From the human T2T-CHM13v2.0 reference genome, Homo sapiens: a DNA stretch of 64,000 nt. Positions 13,781 to 27,039 of this stretch are shown piece after piece. Location of the stretch: assembly GCF_009914755.1 (NCBI RefSeq), contig NC_060935.1; one strand, given 5' to 3'. Every line of letters begins with the position of its first letter. Position 1 is the first letter of the stretch. A program made the position numbers and the translations under genes. Below the pieces are notes generated by a model that saw nothing but the letters and a program-made list of their open reading frames with translations, ran no database searches and had not been told where the DNA came from.

Positions 13781-14239
13781 AGAAGAGTCCATCTAATTCA
13801 GTTCCTTCCATAACAAAAGCTCTTAATCTGCAGTTAATATATTATGAAAGTCAAGTGGGAGGGGTCCATAAATGTGATACCATCTAATCCAATGTATAAT
13901 CCAATGTATATTTTATGCATTTACAACATTACTCTGAGAAGAGGCCTGTAGACATTATCAGACTGCCGAAGGGGGCCTATGACAAGAGGAAGAGGCTGAG
14001 AGTGAAAGAGAGTGAGTTAGGGGAAACATGTGTACAAAAGGGAAGTTGATTTACAGTATAATTGTGTGAGTAGTTCGATAACCTAATAACTAGTTAGTAG
14101 AAAACTTAAGATTCACATCTCCCATTATCTTTCTGTTATTACATTTGGCAAGTCAATCTTCAGTTTAAGTCGACTGTATAACTGTCTTTCAGTCTAAATC
14201 ACACCTGCTTATTTAGTACTAAGTAAGCTGGTAGTGGGT
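13781..14239 (-). repeat. Right arm of long local inverted duplication
   Basis: Reverse complement matches 12637-13075; carries an extra 12-bp tandem duplication TAATCCAATGTA (13885-13908). Confidence 0.97.
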
Positions 14240-14264
14240 GTTACTGGGGCCACTGGAAGGCTTT

Positions 14265-14362
14265 AAAGAGGTTAAGAAACCAGTGAAAATACAGTTTTGA
14301 GCCGAGATGGGAATTAGCAATATTTTACTCCAAAGCTAGAGTTCTCTCCACCATATCAGCCA
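14265..14362 (-). mobile_element. MIR fragment
   Basis: 'agaggttaag...gagatgggaatt...actccaaagc...ttctctccacca'. Confidence 0.5.
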
Positions 14363-17300
14363 GGTCTTAGTATATGGTTAAGTTTCCAATAAGTGTTATT
14401 CATTTTTGGTTCTAGAGCTCTCTCTCCATGGGGTAGGTGGAGAAGGAAGACATCTCAGAATTATATGGGTTGTGAAGAATGGGGCATGTGGTAAGAACAA
14501 GGTACTGACGTCGTGAAGTTACGTCTTGAGGATGGTCATGGTAGTTTGAACACAGATACTGGCTTTTCTGTGGAAGTGTTAGAGCATTTGTGAGGGGTCC
14601 TCCAAGTTTAATCTGAGGTTAAACCTACCGGGTTCCTCTTGCTTCTGATGCTTAACACAAGTTAGAGAAAACAAATGGTGTCCTAGTGCATCTGTCAGTG
14701 TATGCAGTGTTTTGGGTTGCTACTTTCATTTTTTGGTGTTCTTTTCACTTTCTTTCCTGTGGGATGAATTGGGTGGAGGTGGCTCACTGAGTAATTCAAG
14801 TAGAGCCTTGATTAAATTCACAACTGTCACCTGATAGCAAGAACATGCAATAGTATTTTATCTGATAACAAGTGATGCATGCTTTGCATCACTATTATGG
14901 ATCCATCTTTGTGTACTTATGGATGTCTGTTCTGAGTAGGTAGCTGATGAATGTCATGAATCAGTTGGAACAATTTTGTTGTTCTGGTCTAACAGCCAGA
15001 TTGCCACATGCCATGTGGTAGTAATTTATTGTGGAATAATCACAGTGGTATTTATTTGAGGTGGTTTGTATTTGTCATATTCATATTACATATACTTTGA
15101 AAGTTGGATTTTTCCAATACCAAACCATAAACGTAGCCTAATATTTTTGCCATTGTGAACACCTTAGATTTTAACACCTTAGGAGATAAAGGAATATAAA
15201 GTGATTTGATTTTATATTCCTCGGAGATTAAATTCCTAGGAGATTTGATGCTAGATTTCGAGCCACTGCTAGACAGTGAATGTCATTTGAGCTTCATTTT
15301 TCTCCTTTGGAGCCTGACATGTAATATGTGCTAAATAAATATTTGCTGAATTGAATTCTGCTAGCCAAGCTATAATGTTGGAAAATGTACCACTCTTTGT
15401 CATAAATTGGAAATGTGCTTTGTATATATGACCAGTGACTAGGAGTCTTTATTTCAGAAGGGAGAACTCTATAATGCATAAAATTTCTGCAAACCAAGTG
15501 TTTAATTGTTTTCTACAGATGAACTAACAGCAAGACTGAGTGCTCATTAAAAATTTATGTCTTAATCCTAAGGCACAAACCTTACATAATTACTTGAATG
15601 CTTATCCTTGGTTGGATAAAAACTACTTAAAAATAACCACTGTTTTGTGATTTCACATTTGCTTAGTTTTAGATTAAAATAAATAACAGTCCTTTTAAAA
15701 TAAAGATTGTTTATAAACATACAGACAAATCTACAGAATGCAGTCATCCATTCCAATGTAGATAAATGTTTACCAAAGGAAGCAACAGCATGGTACATAT
15801 TATGTACGTATGTTGCTTACAAGGATTAATGAAACAAAAAATTTTGATAAGCATTAAAGATACTCTCAAATGGCCGTTCTCCCTCTGTCCATCGTGTTTT
15901 CATGGGTTACACATTTTATATATCATGAATGGAAAAGATTCTCTGTTCACGAATTCCTGGTTCAGAACAAAATAGGAAACTAAAGTAAGCATTTACGACA
16001 TACAGTTCTTGTGGTGTATTTTTGTTTGATAATTGAAAAGCATCACGAAAAATTGCAAGTATTGGACACAATGGCAAATAAGCAAAAGTATTCTGAAATG
16101 AATCTAGAAATTTTTTTAGTGAAGTTTTATATTACATGAGTGAGTTTCATTTTTAATTTGGTGTTACTCTGAGCCACGTGGTACTTGCTTTAGTAGTATT
16201 TATAGGCTTAATCAATTTAAAATTTCTTAGGCTTTTCTTGAGATGCCTTAGGAATGTGAAGTGCTGAATACAGGGTCGGGTGTGTATATATAAAGTAACA
16301 TATATTACATTTATTATTGGCTGTCTTTTCCCTTTAAAAAAGTGAATCCAAGATATTAATTTCCTGATTTATCTTTTGCATTTAGTGTTGACATCACCTC
16401 ATTCATTAAAGAATTTGTTTCTAACAGTTTTGATGCTGATTTATGTTGCAACAAAGTAATAGGCTTTCTATAATGGCCTGTTTTCTGTTCAGATTTGATT
16501 CTGCTGTGTTGTCGGAAGTGAATCGTTTAGCTGAATGATTCATTTAACAGAATCATTTACTGTTTCTAGTATACAGTATAGATTCCAAAGGCCTAGCCTT
16601 TAATATGAGCTTCGCTTGCCCTCCATCTGAGTTGTCTAAGTAGCATGAATTATTTCCCCATCAGTGTCCTCATAGTATTTATTCATTAATATGTTTGAGG
16701 GCAGTGCTTAATTTTTAAGGTTTATGTTGATAGTGTCAAGTTTAGAATCTACTGCCATAATCGAGTTTTCAGGTGGAATGAGGTTAATCCATTGGGGTTT
16801 AGGAAGAAAATATTAGAACTTGTTTTTATTTAATCCTTCATATTTTTCTGTGTATACTTGATTTTATGTATACTCACATTCATTTATTATAAATAAAGTA
16901 TACATTGGGTGCATATTTAAAATGTTCCTATGAAAAGATGTAAGTGATTAAAAGCACTTGGAAATGAAATAGATGAGTAAGGGTCAAAATTAGAGTATAG
17001 CCTTAGGTATATGAGAGGAAGAATGGTAATTCAAGACACACTGTACATCTAGAATCTATGGGTGATAGAAGGAACAAAAAAGATTCTGTTTTCTTGTTCA
17101 TAACTTTAGTTAGCCTGGGAAATCTATGAGAACGGAGAGCAAACCTTATTCACTATTCTATCCCTTGTGCTTAACTGGATGGGCAACCAGGAGCATAACA
17201 GTTAAAAACCAGAAAGTCAGAACATCAGAAAAGGTTGGATTTTCAGACTGATACATTTACATCTGTTTAATTTGAATATGCTAGCTCAAGTGAGCTCTCT

Positions 17301-17744
17301 TATATTTCCTGCCTTCACTATTTGAGGAAATCTGATTTTGTTGGCTGAATGTCATGACCCCTGACCCTGACACAACAGATGCTGTCGATGGGGAATAAAT
17401 GTGGGACAGGAATGATTGTAGGCTGTGTAGTAATTATGGTACAAACTGCTGTGGTTTTGTAAGACCTGTTCTTGGCAGGAGATGTTGCTTTCCTTGGGGA
17501 CTTAGAAAAACCTAGAGGTGTCCATGAGAGCCACAAAGAGAGAACGTGCTCTTAATCAACACTAAAGCAATGCATTCTGATAACACAAGCAAGAACACAA
17601 ATCCTTCCTGCTAATAAAAGCATTTGCCCTGGAGAAAATCCTTGAAGTTACTTTTTATAGCTGCATGATTTTTTCTCTAACTTATGAGAGTCATGAATTT
17701 TATTGTGTACTCAAACTTTTAAAATATCTTTTTGGTTATGATTT

Positions 17745-17947
17745 GGCAAAGTAGGCCCCTGAGACAAATCTGGCCTATTGCCTGTGTTGTAAATAAAGTT
17801 TTATTGGAACACAGACATACTCATTTGTTTAGGGTTGCTTTCAGGCTACAACCACAGGATTGAGTAGTTGTGATAGACCATGTGGGCCATAAAGCCTAAA
17901 ATATTGAACTGTCTAGCCCTTTATAGAAGAAAAATTGTGTACCTCTG
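17745..17947. mobile_element. MER58A (hAT-Charlie MITE)
   Basis: 'caaatctggcc...gtaaataaagttttattggaacacag...aaagcctaaaatatt...gccctttatagaa'. Confidence 0.85.
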
Positions 17948-18042
17948 AGGCTTTTGAGCTTGCAGATATTTTATGGATGGTTCTTTCTCTTTTCCCAGTT
18001 AGATGATTTTCAGATGATTACATGGAGAAGCTTACTTTTATG

Positions 18043-18272
18043 AGACAATATAGTGAAATGGTTCACAACGTTGGCTCTGGAGTAAAACTTAGAGTTCAAA
18101 CCTTGCCTCAGCCATTTGTAAACTGTGTAACTTGGGAAATATTACTTCTTACTTTAGTTTTCCTCTTCTGGAAAATAAGACTAATAATAGTACTAGCTCA
18201 AAAAGTTGTTCTGAGAGTTAAAGTGAAGTGTTTAATGCATAACAGATGCTCAACAATTAAATATTAGGTGTT
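18043..18272 (+). mobile_element. MIR
   Basis: 'ggctctggag...agttcaaacc...ctgtgtaacttggg...ttttcctcttctggaaaataag'. Confidence 0.85.
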
Positions 18273-18284
18273 ATAACTTGAGCC

Positions 18285-18364
18285 TTTTTCTTTCTCTCTC
18301 TCTCTCTTTCTTCCTCCCCCTTCCCTCTTTCCCTCTTTCCCTCTTTCCCTCTTTTTCTCTTTTT
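18285..18364. repeat. CT-rich simple repeat ((CCCTCTTT)n)
   Basis: Directly visible. Confidence 0.9.
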
Positions 18365-20786
18365 GTAAAGGAAAAGGTAAAAGGAAATATTCCAAAGTCA
18401 TGTGTCATGTCAGCAGCTGAATCTTTCCTTATGCTTAGCTTCTGGCTATACTGATTGTGTTAGTGCTGCTACAGTTGTCTTTTTAAAAGATGTTTGTTGA
18501 AACCATAGGAATGTTAGTTTGCAGTAAACTTTATCTAATGTGATTTGTGTTGGTAAATTTGTATTTATTTTTCATACGTTGATTTAGTGAAATTCAACTT
18601 GAGGTTGTCATTAGATTGCTTATGGTGTCCTGTATGATTCTTATATGGAAAAGAATTTACTAGTGCTGTGAGACCACATACATTTGGATGTCAAGCTCAC
18701 GGAGATCAAATGGCATTCTTGGGTTTAATCAGATTGCAAACACAATGGAGTTTATAGTTGCCTAGAGAATAAGGCCACTGAATAGATCAGAGCTAAATTT
18801 AAATTGACCCTCTATTTTCACTCAAGTTAATTTACTCCACTTAGCTATTTATTTAGCTTTTAGGTTGCTCCATGCATTTGGATTTGTCTGTTGATTTAAG
18901 ATATTGTGGACTTTACCTGATCTTTGGTTTATATACTACTAACCTAGTAACTTTGTTTCTGTAATGTCTTTGTGGGTCAGCTGTTAAAGCTGAAAGTGTG
19001 CTAGAGCTGTGTATAATTTTCCGCAGATTTTAGGTTGGCTTCTTTCAGAAGTCCCCTTCATTGCAGCCTCACTAAAGCAAATAAGGTAGTGTTCTCATGT
19101 TTCAGAATATCTGTCTGTGTTCCTTGATGGTTCATGATGCCCATTAGGCTTTTGGCTAGTCCTATGGTGAATAAAATACAGTTCTTACGTTTTAGTAAAT
19201 TACAGTCAACATCGAGTCATGTCTTGTTATCACATACTTTTGGTCTTAATTGAAGGCTAATACATTATGAAGTTATTTGGGTAGAATTATCTCTTTTATA
19301 ATTCCTCAGACATCCTGACACACAATCTTTCCTGACCTGGGAAAGATCTGAAAAACAAATGCAGTAAACCCAGAACAGATGATTGTAGTCTGAGTCTGTG
19401 TTAAACTTTTCACTTTAATAGGTTCTCCCTGTGGAGAGGACAGGGGAAGGCGCTGCTGAGGAAGGCGCTGTAAAGTCTCCCTTCTCTCCCCACAAATAAT
19501 TCCTCAAACCAAATCATCAACCTGTCTGCAGTCTCCTTCACCTCTGTCTTCTTCCTTATTTCCTCTCTCTCTGCAAGAAATGTTTGTTCTCTTTTCCAAG
19601 ATTCACGTTGCATTTCAAAGTTTCCGACTTACAAAAACTGTTACCAACTTTTGTGTATCTGTCTGTGTAACATAAGCTACACCTGTTAATTATAATTTTA
19701 TGTAATTATCCAGCTAAAAATATTTACTGTTAACCATATTTTTCTAGTTTTGGAGACTATTTATGGGATTTGGAAACAGTTGTGTGCACATGTCACACTT
19801 CTATTTATTATGATAATTTCCATACTTATCAAGGTTCCTAGGTTGCAATAGCTAGAAGCACTGTGGCCAGGAGTGCTCCCAAGGGATTTCCTGTAAAAGC
19901 ACAGTTAACTTCCTTGGTGTCAACCTTAAAAATTAAGCCACCTTAATAATCAAGCTTTTTTCCATAGTCTTGTGATTACGCTTAGATGTGACTAGACCCT
20001 TCGACTACATTTTTCCAGAACCACTTGTTGGTTGTCCTCTTGAAAACTTTTTTCCCTCTGACCCTAATTTCTTAACCTTCTGACCCTTATAATCTGTTTT
20101 TCTCCCAGTACTTGTTTTCTGGCTTTTCCCTGACCTTTGGTTCATTTTCTTACCGTCTGTCAATCTCAGCTAGTTACTGCTTGCTGTTTTTACTATCGAC
20201 TCTGTGATCGATCTCTTAACCTTTTCCTTTTTTGTTTTGGTTTTATCAGTACCTTTAATGTAATTGCATTCCTTTCTTTCCACTTCATTGACCTGGCAAA
20301 CTTTAAACCAGAATTAATTTGACTGTCAGACTTCCCTGTGCTTATGCTTGGGCTGCCTACTGCTACAGCAACCTCAGTTGGGCGCTTCTTCTTTTACGCC
20401 ATAGTGGCAGCATTGTCTTCATGGTTCTTTACCCTCCTAACTAGTCATCCCCCTGCTCAACTGTTTCAAATGTCCTCCAAGAGATGTACAATGTGGCAGA
20501 GACTTAGGTTCATGGTGATAAGTGAGGGGTGAAGCTATAGGTTATACTTTTTGTATTCTCATCACCTACTACAGGTTCATGCTCAGTGGGTTTTCAGGGT
20601 GTTTGACAAATGCTTATATTATTTATTTTTAGAATCTATACCATCTCAGTCTATAAGAGATCTGAAGTAGCTCACAGGAAATACATACCAAATAGTGAAA
20701 TAAACTTAGCAGTAAAACTTCTGGCTTTGGTAAAACATTAGGACAGGAGGATCTGTATCATGGAGAAAATGGAATAATACAGGGAT

Positions 20787-21269
20787 TGTATTAGTTTTCT
20801 GTGTTTGCTGTAATACATTGCTATACACTTAGTGGCTTAAAGCAACACAAAGTTATCTTAGAGTTCTGTAGGTTAGTAGTCTTAAATGAATCTCACTGGA
20901 GTAAAAGCAACGGGTCAATAATGCTGTTTCCCTTTCTGGGAGGCTCTAGAGGTGTTACCCTTTCCTTGTCTTTTTCCAGAAACCACCCACATTGGCCTCT
21001 TTCTGTATCTTCAAAGCCAACAACAGTGGGTCAAGTGCCAAATTCTTGCATCACATCACTCTGATCTCCCCTTCTGCCTCCTGTTTCCACTTTTAAGGAT
21101 CCTTTTGACTTTTGATTACATTGGACTCATCTGGATGATCCAGGACAGTCTCCTTACTTTAAAGTTAGCTGATTAACTGCCTTAATTCGTTTTTGCCATG
21201 TAACTATATTCACAGGATGCCGGGATTAGCATGTGGACATTTTTTGGGGTCGTTTTTCTGGCTACCACA
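20787..21269 (-). mobile_element. MLT1 (MaLR) solo LTR, MLT1D-like
   Basis: TG..CA termini; 'tgtattagttttct...cttagtggcttaaagcaacaca', ends 'ggctaccaca'. Confidence 0.85.
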
Positions 21270-24200
21270 GTAACTGATGATAAAGCTCCATTCAGTTGCT
21301 CTAGTTAAGTCATAATTGTGCCTCTAAGCTGCCTTTATGGTGGCCGAAAGGAAAATGGGAAGTAGTCCTTGTTAGCTTTTGTATCTATGCTAATGAAAAT
21401 ACCACCTATAGTAGTGCTATTATAGTACAATCCATATGATCACTTCAATTGTTCTGGGTTCTGCACTAGTAGAGGTTGGCACTAGTATGGCTAATAAAAT
21501 AAATTGGAAATGGATAATTTAATAATTAACCCATTTATCTCAGATGCTATTTAAATTATTTTTAATTATTTGATTATAACAACATAAAACTTTGCTTAAG
21601 TTTCTTTTACTTATAGCTGTCATATACCTATATGACCAAAACAAAATAACAAAGCTAAACACCAATAAACTTCAAATAAATAGCATTTGTTTATGGGATG
21701 GATGATAGTTTTTTTAGTTGGCCATGTGGGTACTCCACTGGTTTGTGTGACGATTCAGTGTTCCTACTCTATTTGAACTTACGCTAACCATCGCTCATAC
21801 AGCTCCAGGGGTGTTGTTTGGTATTAGTGTAGTTTTCAATACTCCACTGAACTCAGATGGTAGATATGGTTGTAAGGTAGTCATCTATTTGATCTAGAAT
21901 GTGCATTTAGATTTTAAGATTGTCATTGAAATGCAAAATTAAAAAGTTTTTATAGCCAACAACTCTTGAGACTTCTTGACACTACATCTGTTCTAGGGCT
22001 TTTAAAGACTCTGAACTTGACAAATGCTAAAATGGCAGAATTTGATTGTGTGTCTCATAGCCCCGCATCACTTTTTTTTCCATGGATAATATCTCACGAC
22101 TAGATTTTCTATGCATTACTTTAATCCAATAACTCAGAGTAGGATGTGGCAGTAAGATTTTTGTTTTAAGATGCTGCCTCCCCAGGTATATTTTATCAGG
22201 AATATTTAGTATTATTATAAAATTACCAGGTAAAGAGGGAATTTTATGGCCACATGTTTTTGTGTGGAATGTGTTTTCTTACCTACTTCATTGTGTTGAA
22301 TTTGTGAAAGAAACGGTTTTGATATGTCTTCAGAAATTGCCTGCATTGATCCATGTTAAAAAAAAAAAAAGAATCTCACACTATAAGAGTTAGACATAAA
22401 TTGTGTTTGTTAGTGAAGGGTACTCCTATCAATTCCTTTGTTTCTCATTTTCTTTGAATTTGGAACATTCACTTACATCTTTTCCTTTTTGTGTTTTCTG
22501 TATGGTGTACGTGGGTTGATTCCCCCCCCACCCTTAGCATTCAATATGCTTAAGTGTTATTTTATATATTGGATTGAATTTTTATGGATGTTATTTGTCT
22601 TAACAAAATATGTATCTCTACAGAACATTGGCATAGCTTCCTAGATTCCTTGGTGGGTTAGTGTGTATATGAGGTAGCATGGTTATGGGTGGCCACCTGA
22701 GGACTAAGGAGAAGGCAGGGAAGGACATGGAAATGCTAAATTCTTTTCCACTTTCTGTATTTTTAAGAATGACTACTACATCTAATATGTTTACAAAACC
22801 CAAACCTGTTCAAACTCATGCATGTTTTCATATTAGTTTATATGGGAACATTCTCAACATTGATCCTTCAGAATTATGTATGGTCATTTTATTTGGGCAA
22901 CTTAGGGCTGCCTCATTTGGTGAATAATTTCCTTTAAATGTATATGTAAATGAAATATGTTTTTATTTGGAAAAATATAAGATCATACTGGGATTTAATG
23001 TGTTTTTATTCATGTACAACATAACACTGTTTTTTTTTTTTTTTTTAAATTGGACTTCAGGGCCTGTATAGGAAAGACAGTTACTTTATCCTGTTTTTGT
23101 ATCTCAATAACTTAGAGATGAGTGACCTGTTGAAGTAAAAGCCTAGAGTTTAGAAATGGGAAAATTGTTTATGCTGTTCTCAAAAAGGAGTTCTAAGTTT
23201 GTTGTTAGTCATTGCCACATATTCCTTTTCTGATTGGCAGGGCTGTTCACTTAAATCTTCACTGAAGTGATGTGAAAAATTTTCAAAGGTGGAAGAGTGA
23301 ATAAGTATAGTAATTCAGTCACTAAGCACGCCTATTGGAATTCTAACAGTGTAACAAAATTTAATCTAATATATAATACTTTAACCATAGCCTGCATTTT
23401 AAAAATAATACAAATATAAGGTATAAAATGAAAATAATTTTCGAGTTCTCATCACTTCTGCTTTTATTATGGAGTGTGTTATAATCTCCAAGGACCTGGT
23501 TAGTTTTCTGCCTTTTCTTTTCCTAATGGCAACAGTACAAGCATCCATCAAAAATGAGAACCAGGGCATGAGCGGATCTTTTTCAACTCAGTTGATTACT
23601 CAAAGCAGGGAAGTTGTAAAGGAAGCCTGCCTCTGTTTTAAATGTTAGAAAAATGTTAATATTACTTGTGTTTTTCCTTTTGGAGAACAGTAGTAGTCTA
23701 GAGGCAGCGCCTCTAAATTTTTTTTGTGTGGCCTATGAGTTCGTTTTGTGTGGCAGTAACTATTTGTGGTCCTCTTTGATTCAGGACTCTCTAAATGGCT
23801 TTTAAAGACTTTAAACTTCAAATCTTTTCTATTACAACATTCCCTTGGTTTCGTATGCAGTTACTTCTGGCTTGGTGAGACAGTTTTCCTATCATTGTGT
23901 TGTCCTCAGTGATTATTGATTAGAACTCCTTTGTTAGCTGGGCAGCTCAGAAAAACATGTGGGGATCACTGTATTACAGAGACAAGGATTATAGAAAAAG
24001 GGTCAATTATAAATTTGAATTTGTTTTCCTTGTAAGACATTTAGTATCCCTAATGATGGTGTTTCTACTCCAACTTACATATCTTTTGGCCTCTGCCATT
24101 TGGGTCACCAGAGAAAGTATCTTGTAAGAAGTAAAACTAACTGGTAGCATGGAGAGCTGTACTGTATACTCAATTTCCTGTAGTGTACATTATGTGGAAG

Positions 24201-24437
24201 ACCATACGTTACTGCCATGGGAGATGTATTAAGAATGGAAAATAAGGTGTAGTTGTAATAAATCATTAAGTAAATTTATATAATATTTTCTACACTAATA
24301 TAAATATGAAAAATCAAAGTTTGAGTTACTGCCCTCATTAAAAATGAGTACAGTTGACATTTATTGTTTAGACCTTGATCAAATTGCTATTTAAGCTTCT
24401 AAACTTTTAATTTCTATTGTGATCTAATAGCTGACAG

Positions 24438-24490
24438 GAGGAGGTTGAACTAGATCTCTTAACTCCCTTCCTTGCTCTAAAATTCTGATG
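24438..24490 (+). mobile_element. MIR3-like 3' end
   Basis: 'gaggttgaactagatctct...ccttccttgctctaaaattctg'. Confidence 0.5.
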
Positions 24491-26739
24491 CCTTGGGGTA
24501 TTTTTATTCTTTATGGTTTGATATGATTCCCTTGTTATTGAATGCAGTGCTCAAATACAGCATTGACAAAACAGGCATCTACTAGTGAGGCAGAAATAGA
24601 TAAGCGGCCCCTATGTAGGTAACATATTTGAGGAAATTGGCAGTTATTCCTCTTGGAGTTACTTTCCCACTTAGGACCAGTGTACTGTCAGGTAAATGGT
24701 GTGGCTCATTTATGTTTGGCTTATGAAAACAAAGCACACACCAGGGACTACAGGATAATAAATAAATCCTTTTCCATTGTTGATATCACTGAAATGATGG
24801 TAATTGGGCATTATCAGTACAGATCAGCAACCCAGGTTTAAAAACTAGGCAATAGAGACCAAAAAACCTAAGAAGGAGTTCCTGAAAGCAGAACATAAGT
24901 TACTAGTCAACTAGAAATTATCTTCTAGATGAAGGGGGAACTTGATATTGAAGGTCCTATGAGACAGAGGTTCTCCAAACATCTTAATTGTGTAGGCAAG
25001 GTGGATCACATTGGGGCTAAGTAAATGATCCTGATTAAAGTTAGGGGAATGCAAAAGTTAAGTCTAGATCATGGTCTCAAAGTTTTTTCATTTATGTAAA
25101 AATTATATACATTTTTACCCTCACATTTATAATATTTTTCTTCCACATCCCCATGGAGAGTGCTTGTCTGTTTGGCTGACAGTGAATACTCCTTTCCTTC
25201 TTTCCTTTCTCGGACAATAATATTGTTTTAAGCATTTCTTAAAATGTTGCCCATAGGCTGTGCTGGCTTTCCTTCGCTGTATGTAGAACTCTTTGATTCC
25301 CTTTAGTCAGAGTGTCTTTGAATTTCCCTATTATGCCTCAAAGAAATTGCAGCCACAAAGTGATGGTAGAACATATAGATCCTCTTCTCTTGTAACTTGT
25401 TGCTACTCCCTGTTCTCATTGATCCTTGAGCAGGCTTCACTACAGTGCATACCTCCCCACAGAGGGGAGGCTGGGTGTCCTTGGCAGAACAGGTGCTCAC
25501 TTAATAGAGGCAGAGAAGGGTCTGGTGCATTTTCTTCCTCTGGTTGCAATTCCTTGGTGGCCAGATCACACTGTGCGCTGTAGCAGTAATATTGAGAAGT
25601 TGATTGCTCCTCTAATGGAGCAGGATGCCATTGCTGTCTTAATTTCATAGGCCTTCCTGAAGGTCATCCTCACTTGGGCTTATTTTTACTGTCTCTCTCT
25701 TCTTGGTTTAATAAGAATCCATAGTAACATAAACATTAAAAAAACCTATCCAAAAGGTATTCTATTACTAGAAACAATATGCCAGTAACAAATAAGTCTA
25801 AATAATCCAATTACCAGGTAGGAGATCTGTGGCCAGAGATGTGGGGGGATACTTAACATTTCAGAATGCATACTAAGTATTTACCGTATCAGTTAGCACC
25901 ATGCTTTTTCCAGTATTGAATTTACTGGGCTTCCTTTTAAAATGGGCTAAAAAGCTTTTTATTTTAGGAGTGTTTTATAGTCATACTGTGATACAACTAA
26001 ACTCATTTGATGAAAGAAAAGTGGACTTTCTTAATTGAATCTTTCAATTGAATTGTGACTCATTGGATAGTAGATGCTATTTTAATTGGGGATTAAGTTG
26101 GAGAGAATTTGATTCTGTTCAAAATTTGTGTGTAATAAAAAGCAAAGAGTTTTTATTACTAATAAACATTCTGTATCTAGTAATAATGCATTAAATAGTT
26201 CAAGCTTAACATTTTTGTGTAAGGATAGCTGATATTCAAAGGGAATATGCTGTGTTCTAACAGGTTTCAAATTACTTACAGAAAATACAGATTGACAAAG
26301 GTTAACAATTCCAAATATAGAGCTTTCATTATTTTATTGGCCAAGTGAATAAAATAATGAGAATTGTAGAAATAGGCCATTTGTTTTTTGAGGGCAAAAC
26401 AACTAAAACCTTTGGTGGATTCCTGAATGGAAAATCTTTAGAACTTCCTTTTACAGGCAGTATATATTGTGTTAGATAGCAGCAAAATGAAGTTTGCCTC
26501 CTTCAATTTTATTTTATTTTTTTAAAAGCTTGCTTGCATGTAATCGTTAAAACATTTCATAAAAGGAATGTAACATCTTCCAGTGAATTTTGGGTTTAGC
26601 CACATACCGCACATGATGAAGAGTGAAAGAAATGGTGACAGGTGGTGTTAGTTAATTTTGATGTTGGGGGGAATAGCATCTTGAGGTTATTTTTTATAAA
26701 ATTCTCTCCAAGGCACAACACTTCTACTGTTTGCAAATG

Positions 26740-27039
<300 letters not shown>

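Noticed and set aside
19446-19471. GGAAGGCGCTG repeated twice
   Set aside because: Single short local duplication with no further support for function
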